This document shows, one piece after another, positions 47,559 to 57,789 of a stretch of 64,000 nucleotides of DNA. The notes beneath the pieces were generated by a model. That model had not been told where the DNA came from. It worked only from the letters and a program-made list of their open reading frames with translations, and ran no database searches. The first letter of the stretch is position 1. Each line of letters starts with the position of its first letter. Both the position numbers and the translations under genes were made by a program. Origin of the DNA: an uncultured bacterium (GTDB lineage: Bacteria; Fidelibacterota; Marinisomatia; SCGC-AAA003-L08; JACNLC01); assembly GCA_964527215.1 (NCBI GenBank), contig CAZGNZ010000017.1, positions 1,610-65,609 on the forward strand, read 5' to 3'.

Positions 47559-49646
47559 TTATATCAGCTGTGTCAATTCCGCAATGGAAGAGTGCTCTCC
47601 AAATACGATCAGTCTGTGTTCCGCCCGTATTACCATTCCGGTTCTCGGTATCTGTGAAGTCACTCCGTTCGAATCCCGTTTTTGAACCAGCAGAATATTG
47701 ATCTGTCCGCGGGAAATGCGGTTGAATTCCTGAATTGTCAAGCCGACGAAACGTGAGGGTATTTCGATTTCTGCAATCTCGTATCCGGGAATGACTTCGA
47801 TGATATCGGATCGGCTTCTGCGGGCGAATTTCAAGTTGGAGGCGAGCTGCTGTGTCACTTGGGTCTGGTTGATTAATTCCTGATACTCGAACAGGATATC
47901 CTTCCGCATTACCTGTCCCAAAAGACGGTTGTGCTCATCAACCACCGGAATACCCATCATATCGTGCTCCAGCATGGCTTTAAGTACAACCGGTATGGGC
48001 GTGTCGGGCATTGCCGACGGATACTGCTGCCGCGCGATATCATTGACACCGGCATTGGCAGGAAAGTCTTCCAGACGCCATATGAATCGCCGCATCATTC
48101 CCTGGGTGATAAGACCCGTGAGTATTCCGTCTGAATTTACGACATACAAAATCAGATCGTCAGATCCCGACATGCGTTCCAAAAGCTCATTGACATTGCT
48201 GTCTTCCGGAAGAGTATGGACAGAATCCGTCATCAGTGAAGATATCTCCAGCCGGTTGAGAATATTCAGTTCCGTTCCGCTTTCGATATCCAAACCTCTC
48301 CGTTTCAGCTTCAATGTATATATGTTGCCGTCCGTAAATCGGCTTGAAATGACCATTGCGACAATGCTGGAAACCATCAGGGGCAGAATAATGGTATATT
48401 CTGAGGTGAGTTCAAATATAATGAGGATTGCCGTCACAGGGGCATGGGTCGTTGCTGCCACCATCGCTGCCATTCCCACCAGGGCATAAGCCCCAGGTGC
48501 AGCGGCCACATCAGGATACAGGCTGTGAAACAGACTGCCCGTCAATCCGCCCAGCATGGCTCCCATGAACAGCGACGGAGCAAAAACACCGCCGGAGGCT
48601 CCTGCACCAAGGGAAACACTGGTCGCAATCATCTTTCCTGCCAGGAGCACACCTGCCAGCACAAACGGCATTTCATCTGCCAGTATCTGATCCATGGATT
48701 CATAACCCACTCCCATTACCTGTGGAATAAAAACTGCAAATCCACCCATTACCAGACCGCCGATCAGGCCTTTGACACTTACAGGCAGTGAGAGTCCGTC
48801 AAATACATCTTCAGAAAAATAAAGAGCGCGGATAAAAAGCAATCCTGCTGCCCCGGTGATAATTCCCAGCACGGCATAAAATATTATTTCGTAAGGTGAA
48901 TTCAATTCATACACAGGGGGAATAAAGGCCGGAAAATTCCCATAAACACCACGGGAAATCACTGTTGCAAAAACCGAGGAAATAATAACCGGACCGACGG
49001 CGGCAGCACTGAAATCCCCAAGCACGACTTCACTGGCGAAAATAGCGCCTGCAATGGGTGCATTGAAAGTTGCCGCTATTCCGGCAGCGGTACCGCAGCC
49101 GATGAAGGTTTTCATGCGCCGCTGTGAAACCTGAAAAAGCTGCCCCATCGTCGATCCAAATGCTGATCCAATCTGTACAATGGGACCTTCCCGTCCAACA
49201 GCAGCACCGGAGGCAATGGAAAACGCAGATGCCAAGGCCTTTATGATCACCACCCGCATTCGAATCAATCCGTTTCGGGTTGCCACTGCCGCCATCACTT
49301 CCGGCACACCATGTCCCTTGGCTTCCGGTGCGAAACGCTTGACAAATGCCGCTACTGCGGCGATACCCAGCGCAGGAACCAGAATACTTACCATCACCGG
49401 GGAAATCAGGTCTGAAAGGACATCATGCCAGAGTATATTTCTGAATATATCGATCAGTGAACGAAATCCCACAGACAGATAACCGCCCGATATTCCGATC
49501 AGAACTGCCATTGCTATGACAAACAGCTGATCGTAGGCCTTGATTCCGGACAGGGGTTTCTGAATCAGATTCTGTAGAGTGTTCCGAACTCTGATATATG
49601 TCCGAAAACGGTTTATTTTCTTTCTGGTCAGTGGTTTGCTTTTCAT
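47559..49646 (-). CDS. ClC-family chloride channel/antiporter with a C-terminal CBS pair and a TrkA-C (RCK_C)-like domain
   Basis: It has GREGP, a GxFxP-like GGVFAPS, then two CBS-like segments and a terminal RCK_C-like segment. Confidence 0.85.
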   Translation of the reverse strand: MKSKPLTRKKINRFRTYIRVRNTLQNLIQKPLSGIKAYDQLFVIAMAVLIGISGGYLSVGFRSLIDIFRNILWHDVLSDLISPVMVSILVPALGIAAVAAFVKRFAPEAKGHGVPEVMAAVATRNGLIRMRVVIIKALASAFSIASGAAVGREGPIVQIGSAFGSTMGQLFQVSQRRMKTFIGCGTAAGIAATFNAPIAGAIFASEVVLGDFSAAAVGPVIISSVFATVISRGVYGNFPAFIPPVYELNSPYEIIFYAVLGIITGAAGLLFIRALYFSEDVFDGLSLPVSVKGLIGGLVMGGFAVFIPQVMGVGYESMDQILADEMPFVLAGVLLAGKMIATSVSLGAGASGGVFAPSLFMGAMLGGLTGSLFHSLYPDVAAAPGAYALVGMAAMVAATTHAPVTAILIIFELTSEYTIILPLMVSSIVAMVISSRFTDGNIYTLKLKRRGLDIESGTELNILNRLEISSLMTDSVHTLPEDSNVNELLERMSGSDDLILYVVNSDGILTGLITQGMMRRFIWRLEDFPANAGVNDIARQQYPSAMPDTPIPVVLKAMLEHDMMGIPVVDEHNRLLGQVMRKDILFEYQELINQTQVTQQLASNLKFARRSRSDIIEVIPGYEIAEIEIPSRFVGLTIQEFNRISRGQINILLVQKRDSNGVTSQIPRTGMVIRAEHRLIVFGEHSSIAELTQLI

Positions 49647-49809
49647 AGTCCGAACTCAAGGCGGCAGATGTATTGGAGCAGTGTGTCTGTACCGGAAAGA
49701 CGAATGGTTCCGTTTCCCTGATGTGTTGACAACCAGCATTGAAAACTGCATTTCACTGATAGTGAAACTTCGATATCTGATTTAAATACAGTCATTAATC
49801 CGACTTATC

Positions 49810-52140
49810 TCATTTATTTTCGATTTGAATTCTTAAGGAATCATACAGTACTGGATCCAGCATATAGAGAATATTCATTTCTTTCCGTGCAGAACGCATT
49901 TTTTCCAGGTTCAAATATGTCTGCCCCAGCGCATAATGAGTCTTGGGATCATCCGGTTCAAGATTCAGGGCTTCCTTGAATTTACGGGCCGCATCCATGT
50001 ACCGGCCTGTCTGCCGGTAGCACAGTCCGAGATAATAGTGGGTTTCATATTCGTCCGGAGAAGCATTAATGGACTGCTGGAAATGATCCATGGCACGCAG
50101 AAAATCCCCCATTCGAAAATATGCCTTTCCCATCATTTTGTGGGCTATGGGATCACGCGGCTGAGACTGCATATACCGGTTCAAAGCCTGAATAGCGTTT
50201 TCCGGCAGATCCAGCTCCATATATGACACACCCATATAAAACAGCACTTCCATATTGCCCCTGTCAAATGCCTGGGCTTTTTCCAATGCCAGCAGGGCCT
50301 GCATGTAGCGTCCCTGACTGCCGAAGGCAATTGCCAGCTGATAGAAATGGTCGTAGTCCGGGTCGCCGCAGCCGATGGCTGTCTGCAGATACTCAACGGC
50401 ACGGGGATATTCACCCAGCTGGTTGGCCATCAGGCCCAGCCGGTACAGTATCTCCGAATTTTCATCATCCAACAGCAGAACATCACGGTACGCCTGATAG
50501 GCATTTTCCAGTTCATCCAGATGCCAGTAGCTTTCGGCGATGTTCAGGTAATGACTCAGTTCACCAGGCTCAAAATACTTCAGGCGGCCAAAGGTATCTA
50601 TGGCTTCGGCATATCGTTTTTCCTTCAGAAAAATGTCTCCAAGGGCTTTCAGCACCAATACACTGTCCGGCTGAATCATGACATATTCCCGAAGCGGTTC
50701 CATGGCCCTGTAATACTCTTCCTGCCGGTAATATGCCATCCCCAGAAGATAGTTGATTTCCTCCAGCTCCGGATTCACTTCCTGCGCCAGCTGATAATGA
50801 TCAACAGCCCTTTCAAGTTCTTCCTGCTCCTCGTATATCCGGCCCAGTTCAAGATGGGCCTCCCCAAAATCAGGATTGATCCGGATGGCCCTTTCAAGTG
50901 CCTCCAGCGCTTGTGTTCTGCGATTCGAATTCAGATAGGCAATCCCGAGATAGTAGTACGTCCTGGCATTGTCAGGATCCAGCAGGAGGCTTTGGGTCAG
51001 ATTCGGGATGGCTTCAGTAAATCTTTCCAGATTGACAAGGGAAAGCCCCAGCTGGAAATAGGCTTCATGATGGAAAGGGTCAAGATCAATGACCTTTTCA
51101 TAGGCTGCTGCGGCGTCTGCGAAATTGTGCAGTCTCTGAAGAGATTTTCCTTCCCCGAACCAGGCAGCAGCATTTTGATTGTCCAGCCAGATGGCTTTCT
51201 GATAAAACCAGAGGGCGTCAAGCCATTCACTGAGCAGTGCGTGATAATCCGCCAGAAACAAAAACCCTCGAATATCAGCAGGTCTCTGTTTTGTATAGGT
51301 AAGCATGTGATCTATTGCAGACCCCATTGACTGCTGCTGGAAATAGATGAGAGAGAGATAGAAATCATTCCCCGGAAGGGCTTCTTTCTGGTCCCGTTCC
51401 AGGTACAGCGCGTCCAGAAGATCCCGATAGTACACTTCATCCGGCAGCATGAAGGTGTAGTAGAATTCCGTATCCAGATTGGGAGTATCCAGCCTGAGGG
51501 CCTGCACAAAGGTTTTTGCAGCCTCGGTGTACAGACCGCGATCCACGTAGGAATACCCCAGTTCCATAAGTTCCAATGCTGCTTCATCTGCTGATTTTCC
51601 CAGGAAGGAGCTGTCTGGAAGCCGGGTGTCCAGGCTGTCCCAGATGAATCCGTCTTCAGGGTCCTGTAAAAGCCCTTCTGCACCGGATGTGTCCGCACTC
51701 CAGCTCATCGACTGGTCACTGACTTCTGACAGCCGGGATCGGGTGACCTTCAGTTTTGCCAGATCTCCCTGCAGACTGTACACATCTGAAAGCAGTTCAA
51801 GCGGTTTTATCAGTCTGATTCGACTGCGGGTAAGATGGTATTCATAAATCTCCACTGCAGTCTGAAGATAGTGGTCAGCCAGACTGAGATCCCCCAGTTG
51901 AAAGCTGATTTCACCCAGAACCATTCGTGTCTCTGCAGTGTCAAGATGCTGATCACCAAGCACGGACTCCTGTATGACCAGTACCTGTTCAAAAACATTC
52001 TGGGCTTCAGCCAGACGTCCGGCATTCCGCAGACTGTCGGCCTGCGTCAGCATTTCCTGAACAGATATCACCTCCTGCCCCATAAAGAGATGCAGAAACA
52101 GCAGTGATAACAAACTTTTACGGATGATTGTGCGAAGCAT
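49810..52140 (-). CDS. Secreted or periplasmic tetratricopeptide-repeat protein
   Basis: It has a signal peptide and many TPR units (A..Y....L...P....A...LG.....G....A) across 776 aa. Confidence 0.8.
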   Translation of the reverse strand: MLRTIIRKSLLSLLFLHLFMGQEVISVQEMLTQADSLRNAGRLAEAQNVFEQVLVIQESVLGDQHLDTAETRMVLGEISFQLGDLSLADHYLQTAVEIYEYHLTRSRIRLIKPLELLSDVYSLQGDLAKLKVTRSRLSEVSDQSMSWSADTSGAEGLLQDPEDGFIWDSLDTRLPDSSFLGKSADEAALELMELGYSYVDRGLYTEAAKTFVQALRLDTPNLDTEFYYTFMLPDEVYYRDLLDALYLERDQKEALPGNDFYLSLIYFQQQSMGSAIDHMLTYTKQRPADIRGFLFLADYHALLSEWLDALWFYQKAIWLDNQNAAAWFGEGKSLQRLHNFADAAAAYEKVIDLDPFHHEAYFQLGLSLVNLERFTEAIPNLTQSLLLDPDNARTYYYLGIAYLNSNRRTQALEALERAIRINPDFGEAHLELGRIYEEQEELERAVDHYQLAQEVNPELEEINYLLGMAYYRQEEYYRAMEPLREYVMIQPDSVLVLKALGDIFLKEKRYAEAIDTFGRLKYFEPGELSHYLNIAESYWHLDELENAYQAYRDVLLLDDENSEILYRLGLMANQLGEYPRAVEYLQTAIGCGDPDYDHFYQLAIAFGSQGRYMQALLALEKAQAFDRGNMEVLFYMGVSYMELDLPENAIQALNRYMQSQPRDPIAHKMMGKAYFRMGDFLRAMDHFQQSINASPDEYETHYYLGLCYRQTGRYMDAARKFKEALNLEPDDPKTHYALGQTYLNLEKMRSARKEMNILYMLDPVLYDSLRIQIENK

Positions 52141-52597
52141 ATTACGTGTTAGAACAGATAATTAATTTACCAAGAAACCTTCTAAAATTCCTGTGTTCAA
52201 TCAGAAGCCAAGCCGTAAAAATATTTGACGAATCCACCCCGGGATTCTTGCATATCTGAATCGGATGCTGCCTGTATTCATCCGGAGAATATTATTTGAA
52301 TTGTATCCCAAGGACGCAATCTATTGCGGTCTTCGACACTGTGCTTCCAGTCTTGGTGGCTTTGCACTATTTTCACCGGTTCTATCGCAAAATGAAAAGG
52401 ATATCAACAGGGGAGAAGGTTCACCGGTACCATTATTGGATTTCCCGCGCAGAATTTTACGTCCCGGAATAATCAGCCGGCGGCTTAAATTTACTGTTCG
52501 TTTATACAGTTGAAATGATGGAATGATGATTTTGACCCGATATTTGAATTTATTCACAATACATTCACTGCAGCTGTAACTGGACAGGAATTCATCG

Positions 52598-53374
52598 ATG
52601 AAATCCCAAAAGACCAAGGTTCTGGCCATTTCAAATCAAAAGGGCGGCGTTGGAAAAACCACCACTGCCGTGAATGTAGCCGCCTATCTGGCTGCAGCTG
52701 AAATTCCATGTCTGCTCATTGATATGGATCCCCAGGCAAATGCCACTGCCAGCGTGGGCTATGACGTCAGTTCGGAAAATCCTTCAATATATGAAGCACT
52801 TCTTGAAGATATTGCCCCTGAACAGGTCATCTATAAAACTGAGCTTGAAACTCTGGATATCCTTCCTTCAAACAAGAATCTGGTGGGAGCCGAGGTGGAG
52901 CTGGTTGGACAGCTTTCCCGGGAATACCGTCTCAGGAAAATCATTTCCGAACTGCAGGGAGATTACCGATTTATCATTATTGACAGTCCGCCGTCCCTGG
53001 GGCTGCTGACCATCAATGTCCTGACCGCTGCTCATTCCGTGCTGATTCCGATTCAGTGTGAATATTTTGCGCTGGAAGGATTGTCACAGCTGCTGAATAC
53101 CGTTAAGCTGGTCCAGGGACATCTGAACCGCAACCTGGAAATCGAGGGTATTCTGATCACCATGTACGATAATCGTCTGAACCTGTCCCAGCAGGTGGTC
53201 CATGAAGTCCAGGAGTATTTCGGGGATAAAGTGTATAAATCGTTTATCAAAAGAAATGTCAGGCTGGGGGAAGCGCCCAGTCATGGGAAACCCATTCTGC
53301 TCTATGATGCATCATCCACTGGTGCACAAAACTACATGAGCCTGGTCTCGGAAATATTAAATGCCAATGAGTGA
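52598..53374 (+). CDS. parA: Chromosome partitioning ATPase ParA/Soj
   Basis: It has the deviant Walker A motif NQKGGVGKTTT and totals 258 aa. Confidence 0.9.
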   Translation: MKSQKTKVLAISNQKGGVGKTTTAVNVAAYLAAAEIPCLLIDMDPQANATASVGYDVSSENPSIYEALLEDIAPEQVIYKTELETLDILPSNKNLVGAEVELVGQLSREYRLRKIISELQGDYRFIIIDSPPSLGLLTINVLTAAHSVLIPIQCEYFALEGLSQLLNTVKLVQGHLNRNLEIEGILITMYDNRLNLSQQVVHEVQEYFGDKVYKSFIKRNVRLGEAPSHGKPILLYDASSTGAQNYMSLVSEILNANE

Positions 53375-54248
53375 AAAACGTTTAGGCAAAGGTCTGAAAG
53401 CGCTGCTGTCTGCCCATGATCTGGGTGACGGCACCCGCTATTTGAATGATGCTGTCCCGGTTGACAGCATCGCTGTCAATCCCCATCAGCCAAGAGAAAA
53501 ATTCAGTGATGAAGGGTTGGCGGAGCTGATACAGTCCGTCAAAGTCAATGGAGTGCTGCAGCCTCTGACTGTCCGGGACTCGGGAAACGGCTGCTATGAA
53601 CTTGTTGCCGGTGAACGCCGCCTTCGGGCGGCCGCTGCTGCTGGACTGACAACCGTCCCGGTATACGTCATTGGCGTGGAAACAGATCTCGAAATGCTGG
53701 AATTGGCATTGGTGGAAAATATTCAGCGTGAAGACCTGAATCCCATAGAAACAGCAGAAGGATACGCACTCCTCGCCGGCAAATACAACCTGACACAGGA
53801 ACAGATTGCTGAAAAGGTTGGAAAAAGTCGGACTGCTGTGGCCAATTTGATCCGGCTGCTTAAGCTGCCTGCAGAAATCAAATCTGCAGTGAAGGAAAAC
53901 CAGTTATCAACCGGTCATGCACGTGCACTTCTGGCACTGCCGGAAAATCAGATTGTCCCCGTATTTAAAGAAATTGTACGGGACAGCCTCAGTGTCAGAC
54001 AGACCGAGGAACTCGTACGCCGGCTGACTGATGATCGGCAGAACAAGGCAGCCGCCAATCACAAATCACAGAAAACCACACCAAAACCGGAAATCATCCT
54101 GTCCTTCGAGGGAAAGCTGCGGACCGCACTTGGCACGAAGGTATCCATAAACAGGAAGCAAAGCGGCAGAGGACGGATTGATATTGAATTCTATTCGGAT
54201 GATGACCTTGTTCGAATAATGGAACTGATGGCAGAAGAACATTCCTGA
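53361..54248 (+). CDS. parB: Chromosome partitioning protein ParB/Spo0J
   Basis: It has ParB boxes (NPHQPR, LVAGERRLRAA) and an HTH (LTQEQIAEKVGKSRTAVANLIRLLKLP). It overlaps parA by 14 nt. Confidence 0.9.
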   Translation: MPMSEKRLGKGLKALLSAHDLGDGTRYLNDAVPVDSIAVNPHQPREKFSDEGLAELIQSVKVNGVLQPLTVRDSGNGCYELVAGERRLRAAAAAGLTTVPVYVIGVETDLEMLELALVENIQREDLNPIETAEGYALLAGKYNLTQEQIAEKVGKSRTAVANLIRLLKLPAEIKSAVKENQLSTGHARALLALPENQIVPVFKEIVRDSLSVRQTEELVRRLTDDRQNKAAANHKSQKTTPKPEIILSFEGKLRTALGTKVSINRKQSGRGRIDIEFYSDDDLVRIMELMAEEHS

Positions 54249-54254
54249 TCGGAA

Positions 54255-54962
54255 TTGCCCTGGATGCACAGGAAAAAATATTCCATACTGCTTATTACGC
54301 CTGAAGACCGGCAGCATACTGTTGTCTTTTCCCGGTATCTGATATATATTGTGACTGCATTCTGTCTCGTTCTGAGCGCACTGGCGGCGTTTGGCATCAT
54401 AAAGCTGATGAACTGGGACAATGACAGCAGACAGCTGTCAGAGCTTAAGGAATTCCGAATTCGGGCACTGGAGATTATCCGTGATCTGGACGGTTCCGAC
54501 CTGCTGCAGGATTCAACGCGGTTGGTGGAATCCTTTAAAACCCACTTTGCCCAAAATCCGGAACTGATTCCGGTCACACCGCCCGTTGACGGATATGTCA
54601 CGCAGACCATGTGCCTGGATGACAGCAATCCCCACTACGGAGTGGATATCGCTGCCAAAGCCGGGGATCTTATTCGGGCACCGGCAGACGGGCTGGTCAT
54701 TGTTTCCGGTCTGTATCAGGGGTTGGGAAATACATTAATTCTGGCTCATGCCAGAGGATTTTATACTGTCTTTGGTCACAACGACACCAATCTGGTTCGG
54801 CAGCGGGAATGGGTGACCCTGAATCAGCCTATTGCACGGGTTGGCAAATCCGGCGACACTGAAGGTCCTCATCTCCATTTTGAACTGTGGAAAAATGATC
54901 GTGTAATCGATCCCCGGGATTTTATAGAGGAATACAAGCAAAGAGATGTCTCGATCCGATAA
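54255..54962 (+). CDS. M23-family metallopeptidase (catalytic residues intact), membrane-anchored
   Basis: It has an N-terminal TM helix, an HxxxD motif (HYGVDI) and an HxH motif (PHLHFE). Confidence 0.85.
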   Translation: MPWMHRKKYSILLITPEDRQHTVVFSRYLIYIVTAFCLVLSALAAFGIIKLMNWDNDSRQLSELKEFRIRALEIIRDLDGSDLLQDSTRLVESFKTHFAQNPELIPVTPPVDGYVTQTMCLDDSNPHYGVDIAAKAGDLIRAPADGLVIVSGLYQGLGNTLILAHARGFYTVFGHNDTNLVRQREWVTLNQPIARVGKSGDTEGPHLHFELWKNDRVIDPRDFIEEYKQRDVSIR

Positions 54963-55353
54963 ACATAACGATTCAAAAGTAAACACCATCCTTGGCCAGG
55001 AGGTGGAAATCAAGGGTGATGTGAATGTCCGCAGCGGCATTCTGGTATATGGCCGGGTCCACGGCTGCATCAATTCACTGGGTACGGTCCGAACCGCTCA
55101 GGGGTCATTTGTTCACGGAAACATTGTGGCCAAAGATGCCGTCATCAGCGGCTCGGTTGAAGGCGACCTTATGATTGAAGGCAAAGTCACACTGGGGGCA
55201 AAATCCGTACTGCACGGCAATCTGAAAGCAGGAATTCTGGTAGTGGAAAGCGGGGCCCGGTTTGAAGGCAGCTGCAGCATGTCCCAGGAAACAAAAGCCA
55301 GGACAGCCGCACCGCGCCAGATCAATCTGAGCGGCAAAAACAGCCAGGAATAA
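54946..55353 (+). CDS. Bactofilin (polymer-forming cytoskeletal protein)
   Basis: It has a beta-helical repeat pattern (G.V.G.V....V.V...G.V.G.I) and overlaps the M23 gene by 17 nt. Confidence 0.8.
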   Translation: MSRSDKHNDSKVNTILGQEVEIKGDVNVRSGILVYGRVHGCINSLGTVRTAQGSFVHGNIVAKDAVISGSVEGDLMIEGKVTLGAKSVLHGNLKAGILVVESGARFEGSCSMSQETKARTAAPRQINLSGKNSQE

Positions 55354-55513
55354 TTCAGATACGCCCGAACCGGACGGTGGCTGTATTCGGTCAGCTTTTT
55401 CCTGTCCCGGGCAACCATTTTTCAGAAACGGTTTCATTTGCAGTACCGGAATTCCGACAGCCGTTTATGACGGACTCCGAAGTGCCGGTAAACCACGGAG
55501 CATTACGCAGCCA

Positions 55514-55720
55514 GTGTCAAAACCAGACCCACCTCATCATCTTGGTCAGGGAGCTTCCGCAGCATACAGTATGGCCGGAGCCCTGCTGCTGTTCGGCGGA
55601 ATTGGGTATCTGCTTGACAAACACAGCACTGGTGACACCTGGTATCTCCTCGCAGGTCTGCTGCTGGGCGTAGCGGTCGGAATGTATGAACTGGCGAAAA
55701 TAATATTCCCGCGAAAGTAA
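55514..55720 (+). CDS. atpZ: AtpZ/AtpI-family small membrane protein preceding the ATP synthase operon
   Basis: A 68-aa protein with two TM helices (SMAGALLLFGGIGYLLD...WYLLAGLLLGVAVGMY), sitting directly upstream of the atp genes. Confidence 0.6.
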   Translation: MSKPDPPHHLGQGASAAYSMAGALLLFGGIGYLLDKHSTGDTWYLLAGLLLGVAVGMYELAKIIFPRK

Positions 55721-56007
55721 TGGTCCTATTCCAGAATATCCTCATCGCTCTGGTCTCTGCTGCCGTCATTCTGATTTCCAGAAAGGCCCTTCGGCGGTCA
55801 CCTGAAAAGTATATGAGAATACATATCCGTTCCCTGTTCTCTAGACTTGTAATTATCGGCCTATTGATAATAGTATTTGCATTCGTATATCCAGGGAAAA
55901 AAACCCTTTTGATTACGTCTGGCATCGGTACTCTGGTCGTATTTCATTTCCTGGAAGGATTCATCATACAGCGTGAGTTATTAAAAGGCGGAAATCATCA
56001 TGGCTGA
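55720..56007 (+). CDS. Small membrane protein, AtpI-like by position
   Basis: A 95-aa protein with about 3 TM segments. It shows TAATG overlap with atpZ and an 8-nt overlap with atpB. Confidence 0.45.
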   Translation: MVLFQNILIALVSAAVILISRKALRRSPEKYMRIHIRSLFSRLVIIGLLIIVFAFVYPGKKTLLITSGIGTLVVFHFLEGFIIQRELLKGGNHHG

Positions 56008-56809
56008 TCCACACAGTGCTTCGCTGGGCGACATCATCCTGCATCACGTAACCAACGATCTCAGTCATAAATATTTCGAGCTTGAAGTGCTGGGGATTGA
56101 CTTGTCAGTCACCAAACATGTGCTGATGCTTTGGATTGTCGGTGCATTTACTGTTGCAGCGGCAGTTTACGGCACCCGCAAATACCGGAAATCGATAGAT
56201 ACCCGCCCAAAAGGACTTGGAAATCTTTACGAAATTCTGATTACGTTCATTCAGAAGGATATCGTCAATCCCAATATCGGCAGGAAATATGCCGTCACCT
56301 GGACCCCTCTTATAACCACGTATTTTATTTTTATACTGACCTGTAATTTATTCGGTCTGATCCCCTTTTTTGACTATCTCCCCGGCGGGGGCAATACCGT
56401 AACCGGAAATTTCAACACCACAATCGGGCTGGCCACTATCACCTTTTTCGCCATTATCATCGCCGGTATTCAAAAGCACGGTTTTTTTGGATATTGGAAA
56501 AGCATGGTTCCCGGCGGCGTACCCTGGCCGGTACTTATTATTCTCATTCCCATTGAGGTACTCAGCATGTTTGTCCGGCCGTTTGCTCTGACCATGCGAT
56601 TGGGCGCAAATATGACGGCTGGCCACATCGGCATGCTGGCCATTTTTGCCCTGCCCATTCTGTTGAATATGATTTTTCTGGGCGCGGTGTCAGTGGCACT
56701 GAATGTGGGTCTGTACTTCCTGGAATTTATTGTCAGTCTGGTACAGGCCTATGTATTTACCCTTCTTTCTGCTGTGTTTATCGGAATGGCCATTCATGCC
56801 GATCATTGA
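56000..56809 (+). CDS. atpB: F0 ATP synthase subunit a
   Basis: It has the conserved Arg helix FALTMRLGANMTAGH and totals 269 aa. Confidence 0.9.
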   Translation: MADPHSASLGDIILHHVTNDLSHKYFELEVLGIDLSVTKHVLMLWIVGAFTVAAAVYGTRKYRKSIDTRPKGLGNLYEILITFIQKDIVNPNIGRKYAVTWTPLITTYFIFILTCNLFGLIPFFDYLPGGGNTVTGNFNTTIGLATITFFAIIIAGIQKHGFFGYWKSMVPGGVPWPVLIILIPIEVLSMFVRPFALTMRLGANMTAGHIGMLAIFALPILLNMIFLGAVSVALNVGLYFLEFIVSLVQAYVFTLLSAVFIGMAIHADH

Positions 56810-56894
56810 TTTTGCACACTGAATTTATTGCCCGCCATCTGGTTTTTCGGCAGGCAGAATAAATAATCAAATAATGACTAAGTAGGAGATTACA

Positions 56895-57185
56895 ATGTTA
56901 AAGTACAGAAACCTGATGCTCTTGGCTCTGATGTCAACCTTCACCTTTGCTGCCGAAGGCGCTGGAAATCAGTTTGCCTTTATTGGTGCTGCCATAGGTG
57001 CCGGGATGATTGTGATTGGTGCTGCACTGGGTATCGGCCGTCTGGCCTCCGCCGGCGCTGAAGCCACGGCTCGTCAGCCCGAAGCGGCAGGCGACATTCG
57101 CTCCACCATTAATCTGCCCCTCTTCCTGCTGGAAGGCGTTGCAATTATTGCTTTGGTTGTCTGTATTCTGGCTGTGGTTCTTTAA
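56895..57185 (+). CDS. atpE: F0 ATP synthase subunit c
   Basis: It has a hairpin with ARQPE in the loop and the ion-binding Glu in LFLLEGVAI. The N-terminal extension suggests the true start may be an internal Met. Confidence 0.85.
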   Translation: MLKYRNLMLLALMSTFTFAAEGAGNQFAFIGAAIGAGMIVIGAALGIGRLASAGAEATARQPEAAGDIRSTINLPLFLLEGVAIIALVVCILAVVL

Positions 57186-57198
57186 ACAGATTGTAGCC

Positions 57199-57789
57199 AT
57201 GAAATCATTCCGGTTACTGACGATAGTCACCCTTCTGTTCGCACCTGCCGTTGTTCTTGCCAGCACGGATGCCGGCGGACATGAAGGCGGATGGATGGAG
57301 AAATGGCTGAGTTTTGATCCCGGATTGTTCATCTGGACAGTCATCACTTTCCTGATCGTGCTGGCCATTCTGCGCTGGAAAGCCTGGGGCCCGCTCATGA
57401 CTGCCCTGAATCACCGCGAGCAGGCCATTGAAGAATCTCTGGCGAAAGCAGCAGAAGCCCGGCAGGAAGCCGACCAAGTCTCCAGGAAATTTGATGAAAT
57501 GATTCAGAAAGCACATGCAGAATCGCAGAAAATCATTTCCAATGGGAAGGCGGCCGGAGAGCGGCTTAAAGAAGAGATGGAACTGGCTGCCCGTCAGAAA
57601 TCCGAGGAAATTCTGGAAAAAGCTCGAATGCAGATAGAAGCAGAACGAGAAAAAGCCATCAAGGAAATTCAGACATCCGTGGTAGAACTGTCCATTTCTG
57701 CTGCATCAAAAGTGCTTGAGAAAAATCTGGATACTGACGAAAACCGTAAACTGGTTCAAAAAACCCTGTCAGAGGTGGGTCAGGCTTGA
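57199..57789 (+). CDS. atpF: F0 ATP synthase subunit b
   Basis: I take the in-frame ATG at 57199 (MKSFRLL...). The longer ORF from 57016 overlaps atpE. The protein has one TM helix and then a long charged coiled coil. Confidence 0.8.
   Translation: MKSFRLLTIVTLLFAPAVVLASTDAGGHEGGWMEKWLSFDPGLFIWTVITFLIVLAILRWKAWGPLMTALNHREQAIEESLAKAAEARQEADQVSRKFDEMIQKAHAESQKIISNGKAAGERLKEEMELAARQKSEEILEKARMQIEAEREKAIKEIQTSVVELSISAASKVLEKNLDTDENRKLVQKTLSEVGQA

Noticed and set aside
52550-52558. Replication origin next to parAB (TTATTCACA matches the TTATNCACA DnaA-box consensus).
   Set aside because: This is a single box-like 9-mer in the 458-bp region. There is no cluster of boxes, no AT-rich unwinding element that I could identify, and no dnaA/dnaN nearby.
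56895-57185. Na+-coupled c-ring.
   Set aside because: Helix 1 lacks the Gln, and the residue after the carboxylate is Gly (LLEGV) rather than Ser or Thr. The Na+-binding signature is therefore absent and a proton-coupled enzyme is the default reading.
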